From NCBI GenBank assembly GCA_963702215.1, contig OY969726.1:1681533-1745532 (forward strand): a DNA stretch of 64,000 nucleotides, in the 5' to 3' direction. This document shows, one piece after another, positions 47,923 through 58,210 of this stretch. Source of the DNA: an uncultured Bacteroidota bacterium (GTDB lineage Bacteria; Bacteroidota; Ignavibacteria; Palsa-1295). Made by a program: the position numbers and the translations under genes. The notes beneath the pieces were generated by a model. The model was not told the origin of the DNA. It worked only from the letters and a program-made list of their open reading frames with translations, and searched no databases. Position 1 is the first letter of the stretch, and each line of letters begins with the position of its first letter.

Positions 47923-49083
47923 ATGAATTTTCAACTCTCCGAAGACCACATCGCAATCCGCGATGCCGCACGCGAATTTGCGATCAATGAAATTGCTTCG
48001 AGCGCCCTCGAACGCGATAAATCGGGCACATTCCCGGATGAGATCGTCCAGAATATGGGCGAGCTTGGTTTCATGGGAATGATGGTTTCCTCTCAATGGG
48101 GCGGCGCGGGGCTCGATGCAGTGAGCTACGTGCTCGCGCTCGAAGAGATAGCGAAGATCGACGCAAGTGTGGCAGTGATTATGTCTGTAAATAATTCGCT
48201 CGTTTGCTGGGTCATCCAAACATTTGGCACGGAGAAACAAAAAGAACAATTCCTTCGCCCGCTCGCGACCGGCCGTAAACTCGGCGCGTATTGCCTCAGC
48301 GAGCCCGGCATCGGTTCCGATGCCACGCAGCAGGCCACCACGGCAAAGCTGCAACCTGATGGCAGTTATCTCATCAACGGGGCAAAAAATTGGATCACAA
48401 ACGGTACGAAAGCCGATCACTATATCGTCTTTGCGCAAAACGATGCCACGAAAGGGCATCGCGGTATTACGTGCTTCCTCATTGATAAGGGAATGCCCGG
48501 ATTCGAAATCGGCCTCAAGGAAGACAAACTCGGCATCCGTTCCAGCGATACGTGCTCGCTCGGATTTACGGACGTGAAGGTGGGCGCGGATCGTGTGATT
48601 GGCGAGGTAGGAAACGGATTCAAAATCGCCATGGAGACGCTGAACGGTGGACGCATCGGAATTGCCGCGCAGGCCCTGGGCATCGCAACCGGCGCGATGG
48701 AACGTTCAACGCGCTATAGTTTCGAGCGTCATGCCTTCGGCAAGCCGATCAACCAGTTGCAGGCGATTCAGTTCAAACTTGCCGACATGCAGGTGAAGAC
48801 CGAGGCGGCGCGCGCGCTAATCCTTCGCGCCGCAAGAACTAAGGATGCCGGCGAGAATTATATCAAGGAAGCAGCGATGGCAAAGCTTTATGCCTCCAAG
48901 ATCGCGATGGAAGTGGCGACCGAAGCCATTCAGGTTCACGGCGGATATGGATACGTCCGCGAATATTTGGTCGAGCGCGCGTTGCGCGATGCGAAGATCA
49001 CCGAAATCTACGAAGGCACGAGCGAGATTCAACACATCGTCATCGCGCGGCAATTGTTGAAAGAGTATGAGCTTCAATCCTGA
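47923..49083 (+). CDS. acyl-CoA dehydrogenase (short/branched-chain type)
   Basis: 386 aa. The ACAD N-terminal, middle and C-terminal domains are all present, and the catalytic Glu region 'YEGTSEIQ' is near the C-terminus. Confidence 0.9.
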   Translation: MNFQLSEDHIAIRDAAREFAINEIASSALERDKSGTFPDEIVQNMGELGFMGMMVSSQWGGAGLDAVSYVLALEEIAKIDASVAVIMSVNNSLVCWVIQTFGTEKQKEQFLRPLATGRKLGAYCLSEPGIGSDATQQATTAKLQPDGSYLINGAKNWITNGTKADHYIVFAQNDATKGHRGITCFLIDKGMPGFEIGLKEDKLGIRSSDTCSLGFTDVKVGADRVIGEVGNGFKIAMETLNGGRIGIAAQALGIATGAMERSTRYSFERHAFGKPINQLQAIQFKLADMQVKTEAARALILRAARTKDAGENYIKEAAMAKLYASKIAMEVATEAIQVHGGYGYVREYLVERALRDAKITEIYEGTSEIQHIVIARQLLKEYELQS

Positions 49084-49645
49084 AATAACCGCGTGGTTCC
49101 AGGAGTTTCCTCCCGGCACCACGCGGAGGGTTTTGTTCCTCATATTTTTGTGTCTTCCCGTTGGAGCATTGGCCCAATCCGCCGGCAAATACGAATTCTA
49201 CCGCTACAAGCAGGCGTACGCCATTCAAGTCGATCCACTCGGACAAATCCTGGGACGGTTAAGCGGGCAATTCGAGGACCGGCTCGATCCAAATTTCACG
49301 CGCACCTACGAATTCGTCTATCACAAAGACGTGGGCGATAAACATCTCGGCGGCTGGTATCCGGAATCGGCAGCTTCAATCGGCGCAATCGAGCGGATTT
49401 ACTTGGTCGATAATGCGGCGATGCTTGGCCTCTACGTCGGGGTTGGCGGAGGCGTAGGAATGACCCATCTGACAGGAACCTTAAGGCTCACCGCAGAGAT
49501 CGGCTACAAATTTTGCTTCGGTGGTGGCGCAGCGCATTACTTCATCGAGCCGCGTGTGATCATGGATTCGTACCTCATTACCAACCACGATAGCCAGCGG
49601 GTTCTGCCCTACATCTCACTTCCGTTCGGATATGCGTGGTGGTGA
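49067..49645 (+). CDS. small outer-membrane beta-barrel protein
   Basis: Signal peptide, amphipathic strands, and a C-terminal '…FGYAWW'. Confidence 0.45.
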   Translation: MSFNPEITAWFQEFPPGTTRRVLFLIFLCLPVGALAQSAGKYEFYRYKQAYAIQVDPLGQILGRLSGQFEDRLDPNFTRTYEFVYHKDVGDKHLGGWYPESAASIGAIERIYLVDNAAMLGLYVGVGGGVGMTHLTGTLRLTAEIGYKFCFGGGAAHYFIEPRVIMDSYLITNHDSQRVLPYISLPFGYAWW

Positions 49646-49657
49646 AGGTTCACCGTG

Positions 49658-50311
49658 TTACGTGGTTCGTTCGCGCAGCATTTGAATCACCGGCTCAATA
49701 TGACGCGAGAGAATTATCAGTACTACGATGCCGACGGATATCTGAACCGCTCCGCTATTTCCAGCCAGGCCACTCATCGAAAGCGACGTCATTTCGAGGA
49801 GTGGGTGCGGAACGATTAGCAACAGTGTAAGCACCCCGCCGCTTGCCAGGATCGAGGCAAAATGCACATCGAATCCATCCCACTTGTCCGTGGGCATGAG
49901 CTTCTTCGTCAGTCCATAGAACAGAATCCATACCGCCACGGCGGCGGGGTTCACCAGCGCGAGCGCTCCCGCCGACGTTGCAAGCCCGCGCCCGCCGTGG
50001 AAACGAAGCCACACCGGATAGCAATGCCCCAGAACCAAAGCGGGCACAAGCACGGGGATTGGTGCCAGCCAGCCCTCCAATTCGAAGGCGAGGATGGGGA
50101 TCAATCCCTTCAACAGATCGGCGACGAGCACGATCGCGCCGATGGAGCGGTTCCCGGTCACCTCGAAGGCATTGCGCGCCCCAATATTCCGGGAGCCTAA
50201 TCGCCGAAGATCCTGCCCCGTCTTCCATTTTGTGACCAGGTAGGCCGAAGGTATTGAGCCAATGAAATAGCCGAGGATGCTGCCGAGAAGCAGGGAATGT
50301 AGTGAAAGCAT
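49658..50311 (-). CDS. plsY: glycerol-3-phosphate acyltransferase PlsY
   Basis: '…GSRNIGARNAF…' and a 5-TM architecture. 217 aa. Confidence 0.85.
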   Translation of the reverse strand: MLSLHSLLLGSILGYFIGSIPSAYLVTKWKTGQDLRRLGSRNIGARNAFEVTGNRSIGAIVLVADLLKGLIPILAFELEGWLAPIPVLVPALVLGHCYPVWLRFHGGRGLATSAGALALVNPAAVAVWILFYGLTKKLMPTDKWDGFDVHFASILASGGVLTLLLIVPHPLLEMTSLSMSGLAGNSGAVQISVGIVVLIILSRHIEPVIQMLRERTT

Positions 50312-50417
50312 TCTAATCCTGAATTACCTAATACCGAACGAAAAAGTGGCCACGTGAATTGCAGCCCCTGCACGTCCTTATCGAAATCCGTTTAATCCTT
50401 CCCATCCTTTACTCGTT

Positions 50418-51251
50418 TTGAAGGAAATGGATATTATTCAGGATTATCTGGAACTCGCAATCCAGACCGCGCGCGAAGCCGGCGATTTTGCCCGGCACAT
50501 TCAACGAAGCGAACTCGAAATTAGCACCAAAACAAACGAGATGGATATCGTTACCCAAGTCGATTCGCGGAACGAGCGAACCATTCGCGATACCGTTCTC
50601 GCCCGCTATCCGGATCATGTATTCCTGGGAGAAGAGTTGGGTGCGAGCGATGGGCAGGCGGAAAGCCGGGCCGGCAGCACTGACCCACGCGGAACATCGC
50701 GAGTTCGATGGATTATCGATCCCATCGACGGGACGGTAAACTTCGCGCACGGCCTGCCCATCTGGTGCGTTTCGATCGGCGTTGAGGTGGATGGCATCGT
50801 CGAGTGCGGCGCGATATACCAACCGAATTTGGGGGAGATTTTTAGCGCGCGGCGCGGTAAGGGCGCCTACCTGAATGGCGAACGAATTCAAGTTTCCGAA
50901 AATTCGATTCCCAGCAAAAGCCTTTTCGTTACCGGCTTCCCATACAATGTTGACGAGAACCCCGAATCGGTAATCGAGCAATTTGCACGGTTTCTCCGCC
51001 GCGGGTTGCTAATCCGGCGCTTAGGCAGCGCAGCGCTCGATCTCGCCTATGTCGCCTGTGGCCGCATGGAGGGGTTCTGGGAAATCGGGCTTTCGCCGTG
51101 GGATACCTCGGCCGGGCAGCTCATGGTGCGCGAAGCAGGGGGCCGCGTGACGCACTACGATGGAACCGATTATGATATCTATAAACGTTCCATCATCGCG
51201 ACGAACAGCCTGCACCACGATATGATTTTCGAGGTACTATTGCAACCATGA
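50418..51251 (+). CDS. suhB: inositol monophosphatase family protein
   Basis: '…WIIDPIDGTVNFAHGLP…' and '…WDTSAG…' IMPase motifs. Confidence 0.85.
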   Translation: MKEMDIIQDYLELAIQTAREAGDFARHIQRSELEISTKTNEMDIVTQVDSRNERTIRDTVLARYPDHVFLGEELGASDGQAESRAGSTDPRGTSRVRWIIDPIDGTVNFAHGLPIWCVSIGVEVDGIVECGAIYQPNLGEIFSARRGKGAYLNGERIQVSENSIPSKSLFVTGFPYNVDENPESVIEQFARFLRRGLLIRRLGSAALDLAYVACGRMEGFWEIGLSPWDTSAGQLMVREAGGRVTHYDGTDYDIYKRSIIATNSLHHDMIFEVLLQP

Positions 51252-52306
51252 CGGCCTCCAGAAGCGTGACGTTTCCGCTAATCGCGATCGCAGTCGTGAT
51301 CGTTGGCGGAGCGTTGCATCTGATGCAGCCGGTTCTGCTGCCCTTCGTGGTCGCTTTGTTTCTTTCAAATATCTTCCGGCCCATCGTCGCCTGGCTGCAT
51401 AGGCGGCGCGTGCCAATGGCGGTCTCGCTCATTTTGATCTTGCTACTGGTGGGCGCGCTATTGTTCGGTATCGGAATGGTAACGATTTCGAGCGTACAAT
51501 CACTCATCGCGGCTTTGCCACGGTACGAACTTCGATGGAACGATTCCATTCTGCCGGCCCTCGAACGCCTCGTCTCCCAGTCGCCGGCGCCCTTGCAGGA
51601 ACAGGTCCGGTCTCTTCAGTGGGCTAATTTGGTCCAGACCTCGACTGTGTTCTCGTATCTTTACGCGGGCGCAGGAGGAATGATCAAGGTGCTGGGCGAT
51701 CTTGGCCTAATTCTGCTCTTCATGCTTTTCATTTTAGGGGGTCAGGGCCTGTTCGATCGAAAAGTGCGCGTGGCCTATCCGGATTCCGCAGACGAGCTTA
51801 TCGCGCTCCTCCGCCGCATTGACGCAAAGACGGAACGATACTTCATCACCGTGACCGGAGTAAACATCGTGAGCGGTGCGATCTCGGCCATGATTCTCAT
51901 GGCCTTCGGAGTCGATCTGGCACTGTTATGGGGCCTGATTACCTTCTTAGTTACTTTCATTCCTACGATCGGTTCCGTCATTGCGCTGGCACTGCCGATT
52001 TCAGTCGCATTTCTGCAATTTGATGCGCCATCAATCCCGATTGCAATCAGCGTCACGCTCGTCGTCGCACAATTCCTTTGGGGCAGCGTCCTGACGCCGC
52101 GCATCATGGGAACCAGCATGGATTTAAGTCCCCTTCTTGTGCTTATTTCCCTTATATTTTGGGGATGGATTTGGGGCCCCTGGGGCATGGTGCTTTCGGT
52201 TCCAATCACCTCGATGATTAAGATCGCGCTCGAAAGCGTTCCGGCCACGCGGCCCATCGGGCTCCTCATGAGCGCCAACGCCGAGGCATCAAAAGCGAGA
52301 GCGTGA
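51248..52306 (+). CDS. AI-2E family transporter (UPF0118/PerM-like)
   Basis: 352 aa with about 8 TM segments and a conserved '…GLITFLVTFIPTIGSVIA…' region. ATGA overlap with suhB. Confidence 0.8.
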   Translation: MTASRSVTFPLIAIAVVIVGGALHLMQPVLLPFVVALFLSNIFRPIVAWLHRRRVPMAVSLILILLLVGALLFGIGMVTISSVQSLIAALPRYELRWNDSILPALERLVSQSPAPLQEQVRSLQWANLVQTSTVFSYLYAGAGGMIKVLGDLGLILLFMLFILGGQGLFDRKVRVAYPDSADELIALLRRIDAKTERYFITVTGVNIVSGAISAMILMAFGVDLALLWGLITFLVTFIPTIGSVIALALPISVAFLQFDAPSIPIAISVTLVVAQFLWGSVLTPRIMGTSMDLSPLLVLISLIFWGWIWGPWGMVLSVPITSMIKIALESVPATRPIGLLMSANAEASKARA

Positions 52307-52419
52307 TCGCGAACGCGCTTTAATGGATTTGGTTGACTTCCTCTTGCGCCGCCCTTTCTGCCTCCGTTTGAGTACTGCCAGTGCCGAAATCATGATGAGG
52401 ACAACAGCCGCGATGATTC

Positions 52420-52818
52420 TTGGAAAAGCATGGATTAATGGCAGCGGCTTCATTGAATTATTTCGCAGCTTCTCGGCTTAGTTTAATTGTGGGAGCAATT
52501 ATCTATTGGGCGCTGATCCGTTTTGCCATCGTGATGCTGGCGGCATGGGCGCTCTTTGCGTACGTTCCAAAGTACAGCGATTGGTGGACGATGTTTTTCG
52601 TCTCCGTCACGCTGATCGTTGTCTATCCGGCTCAACTCGCGTGGCGCAAGCAGCAAGATGCAATTCGGCGTGCCGAGCAAAATGGCTTGTGCGCCACCTG
52701 CCGAAATTACGCGCGAAGGGAAATGCTCTGCACCAAGCTCGATGAGCATGTTCGAAAAGATTACACGCCGTGCGACGGCGAAGCGTGGGAACCGATCGGG
52801 ATCGAATTGCCCAGCTAA
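52420..52818 (+). CDS. hypothetical membrane protein with a C-terminal Cys cluster
   Basis: Three TM helices, then 'CATCRNY…C…C' (four Cys). Confidence 0.4.
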   Translation: MEKHGLMAAASLNYFAASRLSLIVGAIIYWALIRFAIVMLAAWALFAYVPKYSDWWTMFFVSVTLIVVYPAQLAWRKQQDAIRRAEQNGLCATCRNYARREMLCTKLDEHVRKDYTPCDGEAWEPIGIELPS

Positions 52819-53456
52819 ACAACAGCCCGGCTCGCAAATTGCGCCAGGTATCGTTCCATCGCCTCGCGAACATCGGGGCGCGTCCTTGCCACATCGAAAA
52901 TATTCGCCAGCGCGAATACCGGCAGTCCGGTTTCGTTTTCGAAATGCTCTTTCGCGGTTAGCGCGGAGCCTTCGGCCGGCTCGGCGCGGTTGAAGGCGAT
53001 GATTAGCCCCAGCGGTTCCGCGCCGGCTTCCCGCAGCTTTTCAATGGCCTCCAGTTTCGTTCCGCCGGTCGAAATGACATCATCGACGATGACGACCGAA
53101 TCCCCACGCTTCAGCGTTCCCAAAAAAGAACTCGTGTCGCCGTGGGTCTTCGCTTCTTTGCGGTCGCTTACGGCGCGAATATTCGGGCGCGAATCCGATA
53201 GTGCAACGGCGGTTGCAACGGAAATCGGAATTCCTTTATAGGCCGAGCCAAAAACGACATCGGCGTTATCGAACACGCGCTCCGCTACCAATTTCGCAGC
53301 GTATAGTTCTCCAAGCTTTTTTAGCTGCCGCGCGGTACACAGCGAACCAGTATTAAAAAAATATGGTGATTTGCGGCCGCTTTTGAGCGTGAAGTCGCCG
53401 AATTTCAGGACTTCTTCTTGCAAAAAAAATTCGATGGCTTCGTGTTCGATCGTCAT
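52815..53456 (-). CDS. pyrE: orotate phosphoribosyltransferase
   Basis: PRPP-binding 'VVIVDDVISTGGT' and '…FGSAYKGIP…'. Confidence 0.85.
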   Translation of the reverse strand: MTIEHEAIEFFLQEEVLKFGDFTLKSGRKSPYFFNTGSLCTARQLKKLGELYAAKLVAERVFDNADVVFGSAYKGIPISVATAVALSDSRPNIRAVSDRKEAKTHGDTSSFLGTLKRGDSVVIVDDVISTGGTKLEAIEKLREAGAEPLGLIIAFNRAEPAEGSALTAKEHFENETGLPVFALANIFDVARTRPDVREAMERYLAQFASRAVV

Positions 53457-53773
53457 TCCGATTCGTCTTCCAATTCGCCCAGTGCGGCTTCGAGTTCGCT
53501 CATGGCATGGCGGTCATTCCCCTTTCGGGCCTGAACAATGCCCTCCTGATAGATGAGTTTCGCGCTCTCGTTGTCGTGAGTTTTTCGGTAATATCCGGCG
53601 AGCATGTAGTAGGTGGGAACATATTCCGGAGCCTGCTCGCGGAGTACTTCGAGCGCGCGAATGGCCTCATCGTATTTCCCCGCTTTGGCAAGCTCCAGTC
53701 CGATCGCGTAGCGCGTAAACGCATCCCTCGGATCCTGTTCGAGCAGAGCTTGCAATTGTTCTAAACGAGCCAT
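53453..53773 (-). CDS. TPR-repeat protein
   Basis: 106 aa with two to three TPR-like helices (…AIRALEVLREQAPEYVPTYYMLAGYY…). Its stop overlaps the pyrE start. Confidence 0.6.
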   Translation of the reverse strand: MARLEQLQALLEQDPRDAFTRYAIGLELAKAGKYDEAIRALEVLREQAPEYVPTYYMLAGYYRKTHDNESAKLIYQEGIVQARKGNDRHAMSELEAALGELEDESE

Positions 53774-53813
53774 GCCGTAATCCTCTTGGTACTCATTAAG
53801 CTGTACCGACTTG

Positions 53814-53885
53814 CTGGGGCGGGAGGATTCGAACCTCCGAATGCCGCCTCCAAAGGGCGGTGCCTTACCGCTTGGCGACGCCCCA
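53814..53885 (-). tRNA. tRNA-Gln (anticodon UUG)
   Basis: The reverse complement reads TGGGGCGTCGCCAAGCGGTAAGGCACCGCCCTTTGGAGGCGGCATTCGGAGGTTCGAATCCTCCCGCCCCAG. Acceptor pairs TGGGGCG/CGCCCCA, anticodon stem CCGCC/GGCGG, loop CUUUGGA, T-arm GGAGG-TTCGAAT-CCTCC, discriminator G73. CCA is not encoded. The sequence is nearly identical to E. coli tRNA-Gln in the first 30 nt. Confidence 0.9.
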
Positions 53886-53930
53886 ATTTGGGCAAAACAT
53901 GGGTCGGTCTGGAAGCACCGACCAACGCGA

Positions 53931-54602
53931 TCAAAATGCCGTTGTATCCTGACGGATCTCCGCTACACCTTGAAGCGAGGCGGTAACAGCCTCGAGCAAG
54001 CGGAAGTTCTGAACGTGCGCAGTGGGATTTTTTGGCGGGACAAGCTCGATCATCCCCAGTTCATAGAATTTCGCTCCTGTCGTGAAGAGCACAACGCGGT
54101 TTTGGATGGCGCGCGAGGAATCGGCGCCCAGCACCGAGTAGTCGTAGCATGCCAGCACTTTTCCATTTTCGGTGTATAGATCGGTGGGTCGCGTAATCAT
54201 AAGCTTGCCGGGCGCGACCGCTGATTTCGTAGCGAAGGATTCATCTGCCAGCGCGAGCATGCCATCTCGCTCGACGCTCCGGCGGAATTCTGCAGTCGAA
54301 GGAATCTCGGCTAATACTAACGCGCGCGTTCTGGCACGGTCCGTATAAACTTCCTCGATATTATCCATTGGAATAGTTCGAATATCGACATGCAGCCATC
54401 CCTTTGGATAATGGGCTGCAATATCGCCGGATGGAGAATGAATGTAGTCTTCATCCAGTGTTCCGCTTGGAGGATAGGGCGGGATTGGAAGCACCGGATG
54501 TATCGCATTGCCGGAAGGGCCGCAACCCGTAAGGCCCGCAAGCATCAAAGCCGCCACGAATGCGGCAGCCACAAGACCGTTTCTTATCTGCACGCTTGGC
54601 AT
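53931..54602 (-). CDS. hypothetical lipoprotein
   Basis: Signal peptide plus the lipobox 'LTGC'. Confidence 0.5.
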   Translation of the reverse strand: MPSVQIRNGLVAAAFVAALMLAGLTGCGPSGNAIHPVLPIPPYPPSGTLDEDYIHSPSGDIAAHYPKGWLHVDIRTIPMDNIEEVYTDRARTRALVLAEIPSTAEFRRSVERDGMLALADESFATKSAVAPGKLMITRPTDLYTENGKVLACYDYSVLGADSSRAIQNRVVLFTTGAKFYELGMIELVPPKNPTAHVQNFRLLEAVTASLQGVAEIRQDTTAF

Positions 54603-55418
54603 CTATTGAATAGATATCGTCTCGCTCGGCGAATTGAAAGTTCCTGGCACAGCGGTGCCATTCGGCGATGTGAGCTGGAGCTTGATCGCGTGCTCGCCAG
54701 TCGGGAGTCCTTCAATATAATAGGCTTGCCAGAACATGAGGTCCGGCATCGACTTGCCATCGATCCAGAGCTTCACGCGGTAACGGTCGGGCGCGAGCTT
54801 CGCATTCGAAACGTAAAAATCGAGCAATATCCTTTTGGCTTCATCGCCCGAATAGGTTCCCTTCGGCCGCGAATAGGTGAGCAGCGGTCCATCCAAGTTA
54901 TTCGCCGGTTCGACTTTTCCTTTCGCCGCGCGCCCAACGTAAAACGTCCGCGTTGCAAAGGCGTTCGGTGACTTAATGCTTTCGTGCCAGGAAAACGCCG
55001 GAAACGCCCGAATCGTATGCATTCCCGAAGCGAGAACACCGATATTAAAGGGCTGCCCGTTCTGGAAGTTCGCCATGTATGGCCTATCGTCTATAATTAC
55101 GTGGATGTGCTGCCCTTCCCTTGCGTACGCGATTCCGCGCGTGCTGTCATCTTTGGTCCGAATCCCGAGCGCTATGCCGGTCACTTGAATCACAATCCGT
55201 ACCGAATCTCTTGGATTCTTGAACACCTCGCCCTCGCGAGGCTCGACGATTTTTAGCTGAACCTCCGGATATTGCATTTGCGGCGCGGGAATGACACGAA
55301 TGACGCTCGGCGAACTTGCGGGCGGCGAAACTTCCGGTTCTTTTTTCGAGCACGATGCGAGGGCCAGTGCGATCATGGCGCCAGCGATCGCAATACCTTT
55401 TTTGCGCATTTCCTTCAT
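54603..55418 (-). CDS. hypothetical lipoprotein
   Basis: The start was chosen at MKEMRKKG…ALASCSKK (lipobox). The long N-terminal extension to 55694 is not supported. Confidence 0.5.
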   Translation of the reverse strand: MKEMRKKGIAIAGAMIALALASCSKKEPEVSPPASSPSVIRVIPAPQMQYPEVQLKIVEPREGEVFKNPRDSVRIVIQVTGIALGIRTKDDSTRGIAYAREGQHIHVIIDDRPYMANFQNGQPFNIGVLASGMHTIRAFPAFSWHESIKSPNAFATRTFYVGRAAKGKVEPANNLDGPLLTYSRPKGTYSGDEAKRILLDFYVSNAKLAPDRYRVKLWIDGKSMPDLMFWQAYYIEGLPTGEHAIKLQLTSPNGTAVPGTFNSPSETISIQ

Positions 55419-55505
55419 ACCTTTCAATGCAAAAATACGAAGAATTCTTCGCATGGAACAGCATTCGCTTATCTGAGAAAGAAAACGATCCATAATTAAA
55501 GGCCA

Positions 55506-56447
55506 ATGCCATATCGCAACCCCGTTTATCCGCATGATTTCCCGGATCCCTTCGTCGCAAAATTCGGCGAGGAGTATTGGGGCTACTGCACAGGCTTCCA
55601 GCCGGATGGGAATGCTTTCGGCATTATTCGATCGAGCGATCTCGTCCACTGGAGCTATGTTGCGAGCGCTCTGAGGCCGATTCCTGGAAACCATCCATGC
55701 TATTGGGCCCCGGAAGTCAGCCGGGAAGCCGACGGTACGTTCCTTCTATACTACAGCGTCGGCAATGAAGAGACGATGCAAATTCGAATTGCCCGAAGCG
55801 AAAAAGCAGAAGGCCCGTTCGAGGATACGGGCATCGGGCTCACAAAAGAACCTTTTGCGATCGACCCGCACGTTTTTATCGACGACGATGGTTCCCGCTA
55901 CCTTTTTTATGCTACCGATTTTCTTACCCATTCGCACATCGGGACGGGAACGGTGGTCGATCGGATGCTGGATCCATTCAAACTCGCAGGAAAGCCGGAA
56001 GCAGTTACGCGGGCGCGATATGAGTGGCAAGTCTATGATCCTCATCGCGCTTCCAAAGGGGGTGTAAAATGGCATACTGTTGAAGGGCCATTCGTGCTAA
56101 AGCACAATGGCATCTATTACCAAATGTTCTCCGGTGGGAATTGGCAAAATCTTACTTACGGGGTTAGTTATGCAACGAGCGATAAAATTAAACCGGGCCG
56201 AGAGTGGGAGCAGCATGCCGATGGAGCGCGCGTCCTGCCTATCCTTCGCACGATTCCCGGAAAAGTGATCGGACCGGGACATAACTCCGCAGTGCTAGGC
56301 CCGGATGGCAAGGAGTGGTTCTGCGTTTATCACGTTTGGCACGAAGGAATGCGCGCAATGTGCATCGACCGTATGGAATGGAGCGGCGATGAACTTATCA
56401 TCCACGGACCAACAACGACTGAGCAGCCCTCTCCTGGCAATCCGTAA
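55506..56447 (+). CDS. glycoside hydrolase family 43-like (five-bladed beta-propeller) protein
   Basis: '…FPDPFV…YYCTG…', '…WAPEV…LYYS…', '…IDPHVFIDDDG…' catalytic Asp/Glu blocks. There is no signal peptide, so it is likely cytoplasmic. Confidence 0.7.
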   Translation: MPYRNPVYPHDFPDPFVAKFGEEYWGYCTGFQPDGNAFGIIRSSDLVHWSYVASALRPIPGNHPCYWAPEVSREADGTFLLYYSVGNEETMQIRIARSEKAEGPFEDTGIGLTKEPFAIDPHVFIDDDGSRYLFYATDFLTHSHIGTGTVVDRMLDPFKLAGKPEAVTRARYEWQVYDPHRASKGGVKWHTVEGPFVLKHNGIYYQMFSGGNWQNLTYGVSYATSDKIKPGREWEQHADGARVLPILRTIPGKVIGPGHNSAVLGPDGKEWFCVYHVWHEGMRAMCIDRMEWSGDELIIHGPTTTEQPSPGNP

Positions 56448-56567
56448 AGGGGAACGGGCGGGGTAAAGATAATCGGCAGCTACAAACAGTGATAAATTCG
56501 GACGAGACGGCATTCGGGAACGATAAGGTCGAGGAAACATCGCAATCTTCTACCCTAAACGAGCCTT

Positions 56568-57872
56568 TTGGCTGTGCTCCGGAACAATTCGTTCTGGGCG
56601 ACCGGTATTGAAAATACCTTCGTCGTACAATCGCGGAAAGGCCATCGGCCACTGGACGAATACGATCTCATGGGCCATTACCAGCATTGGCGTGGAGATC
56701 TGAAGCTTGCGAAGTCCATAGGATTTACGGCAATTCGATGGGGCGTACCATGGTACCGTGTCGAACCCAGGGAAGGGCAGTTCGATTGGTCTTGGACTGA
56801 CGAAGTGATTCCTTTCATAGTTCAGGATCTCGGGTTAACGCCTATCATCGATCTCATGCACTATGGCTGCCCGCTCTGGTTAGAAAAAGAATTTATCAAT
56901 AAGCGATATCCCACCGCCGTCGCGCGTTATGCCAAGGCTTTCGCGGAGCATTACAAATCACTGGTCCGCTATTATACGCCGCTCAACGAGCCAGTAGTCA
57001 ATGCGCTGTGGTGCGGTAAACGTGGCGTTTGGCCGCCTTATTTGAAGGGTGATAGCGGGTATATCCGAATCATGCTACAACTCGCGAGGGGCATTCAGAA
57101 TACAGTCGATGCAATCAAAGAAATTCAGCCGGATGCCGTGATGGTGCACGTCGAGGCCACCGGACTTAGCCGCGCTGCAACGGAGGAACTCCGCGCGCTC
57201 GCCGTTGAAGATTCCCACAAAAATAATCTGTGTCTCGATCTGCTCTCCGGTAAGCTGGTGCGCGATCATCCGCTGATCTCATGGCTCATTCGCAACGGCA
57301 TTTCAATCAATGAGGTAGCGGAAATTACAAGCCGAGGCCGCGCCTTCGATATTCTGGGCCTCAATTTTTACCCGCAGTGGTCCACGCAGCAGTTGTATAT
57401 CGACGCGCGGGGCAAGCTGGCGTATCGCGCGCACGAGCAAGATGGCTCCGGCTTCGGCACTCTGATTCACGATGTGTATGACCGGTACCGATGCCCCATC
57501 ATGATCACCGAAACAAGTGCGTTCGGTTCGGACGAACTGCGAGCCAAGTGGCTCAAAACTTCAACCAGCACTGTGAAGGAATTGCGAGGAAAGGGCGTGC
57601 CCGTTCTAGGCTACACCTGGTTCCCAATGTTTACGATGATTGACTGGCGTTACCGCTTTGGCCACGGGCCGAAGGAGCAATATCGAATGGAATTGGGACT
57701 TTTCAAGCTGGGACACCCCATGGATCAGATGGGCGAACTTGAGATGGAGGGCACTCGCTGGGTTCCAACGCCGCTCATCGAGCGATTTCGCCAGTTGATT
57801 GCGAATCCCCTCGAGGCCGTAGGAACAGTGAGGAACGAAGAGCCTGCTACCGCCGAGCAAGCCCGATCATGA
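56568..57872 (+). CDS. family 1 glycoside hydrolase-like TIM-barrel protein
   Basis: 'LNEP' acid/base-like and 'IMITETSAFG' nucleophile-like blocks, and a 'YTWFPMF' C-terminal block. The family assignment is tentative (GH1 vs GH5-like). Confidence 0.55.
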   Translation: MAVLRNNSFWATGIENTFVVQSRKGHRPLDEYDLMGHYQHWRGDLKLAKSIGFTAIRWGVPWYRVEPREGQFDWSWTDEVIPFIVQDLGLTPIIDLMHYGCPLWLEKEFINKRYPTAVARYAKAFAEHYKSLVRYYTPLNEPVVNALWCGKRGVWPPYLKGDSGYIRIMLQLARGIQNTVDAIKEIQPDAVMVHVEATGLSRAATEELRALAVEDSHKNNLCLDLLSGKLVRDHPLISWLIRNGISINEVAEITSRGRAFDILGLNFYPQWSTQQLYIDARGKLAYRAHEQDGSGFGTLIHDVYDRYRCPIMITETSAFGSDELRAKWLKTSTSTVKELRGKGVPVLGYTWFPMFTMIDWRYRFGHGPKEQYRMELGLFKLGHPMDQMGELEMEGTRWVPTPLIERFRQLIANPLEAVGTVRNEEPATAEQARS

Positions 57873-58210
57873 TACCACCGGCAATACCGGCCATGCTGCT
57901 AACGGCGTGGGTCTCAAAGCGCGAAAGCTCGAATTGCTCGGTGAGCAATTCGCGAGCAAGCTCCTGTGCCAGCCGGGAATCTGGAACGCAAGTGGCGAGC
58001 TCCGGCCCACTGTGCGCGGGCGCGTATTCCCGACTAAAAATTGAGAATTCCGAATCACGGCTGCAGGACAGGTCAGGACCTTTCATAGTTTCTCTCCCCG
58101 GATTAATTTAATAGCAGTTTTTCAACCTTTCGCATCCCGCGAAAGTTCAGAGTTTCTATGCTAATGGAAAACCAGCGATTCTTGACTTCACAGCCTTCAA
58201 TTTTACTAGT

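Noticed and set aside
57847-58086. 79-aa minus-strand ORF between the GH1-like gene and mscS
   Set aside because: It overlaps the GH1-like gene's 3' end on the opposite strand, has no motif and no RBS. It is probably intergenic sequence containing a small hairpin (CTTTCGC-ATCCC-GCGAAAG at ~58120).
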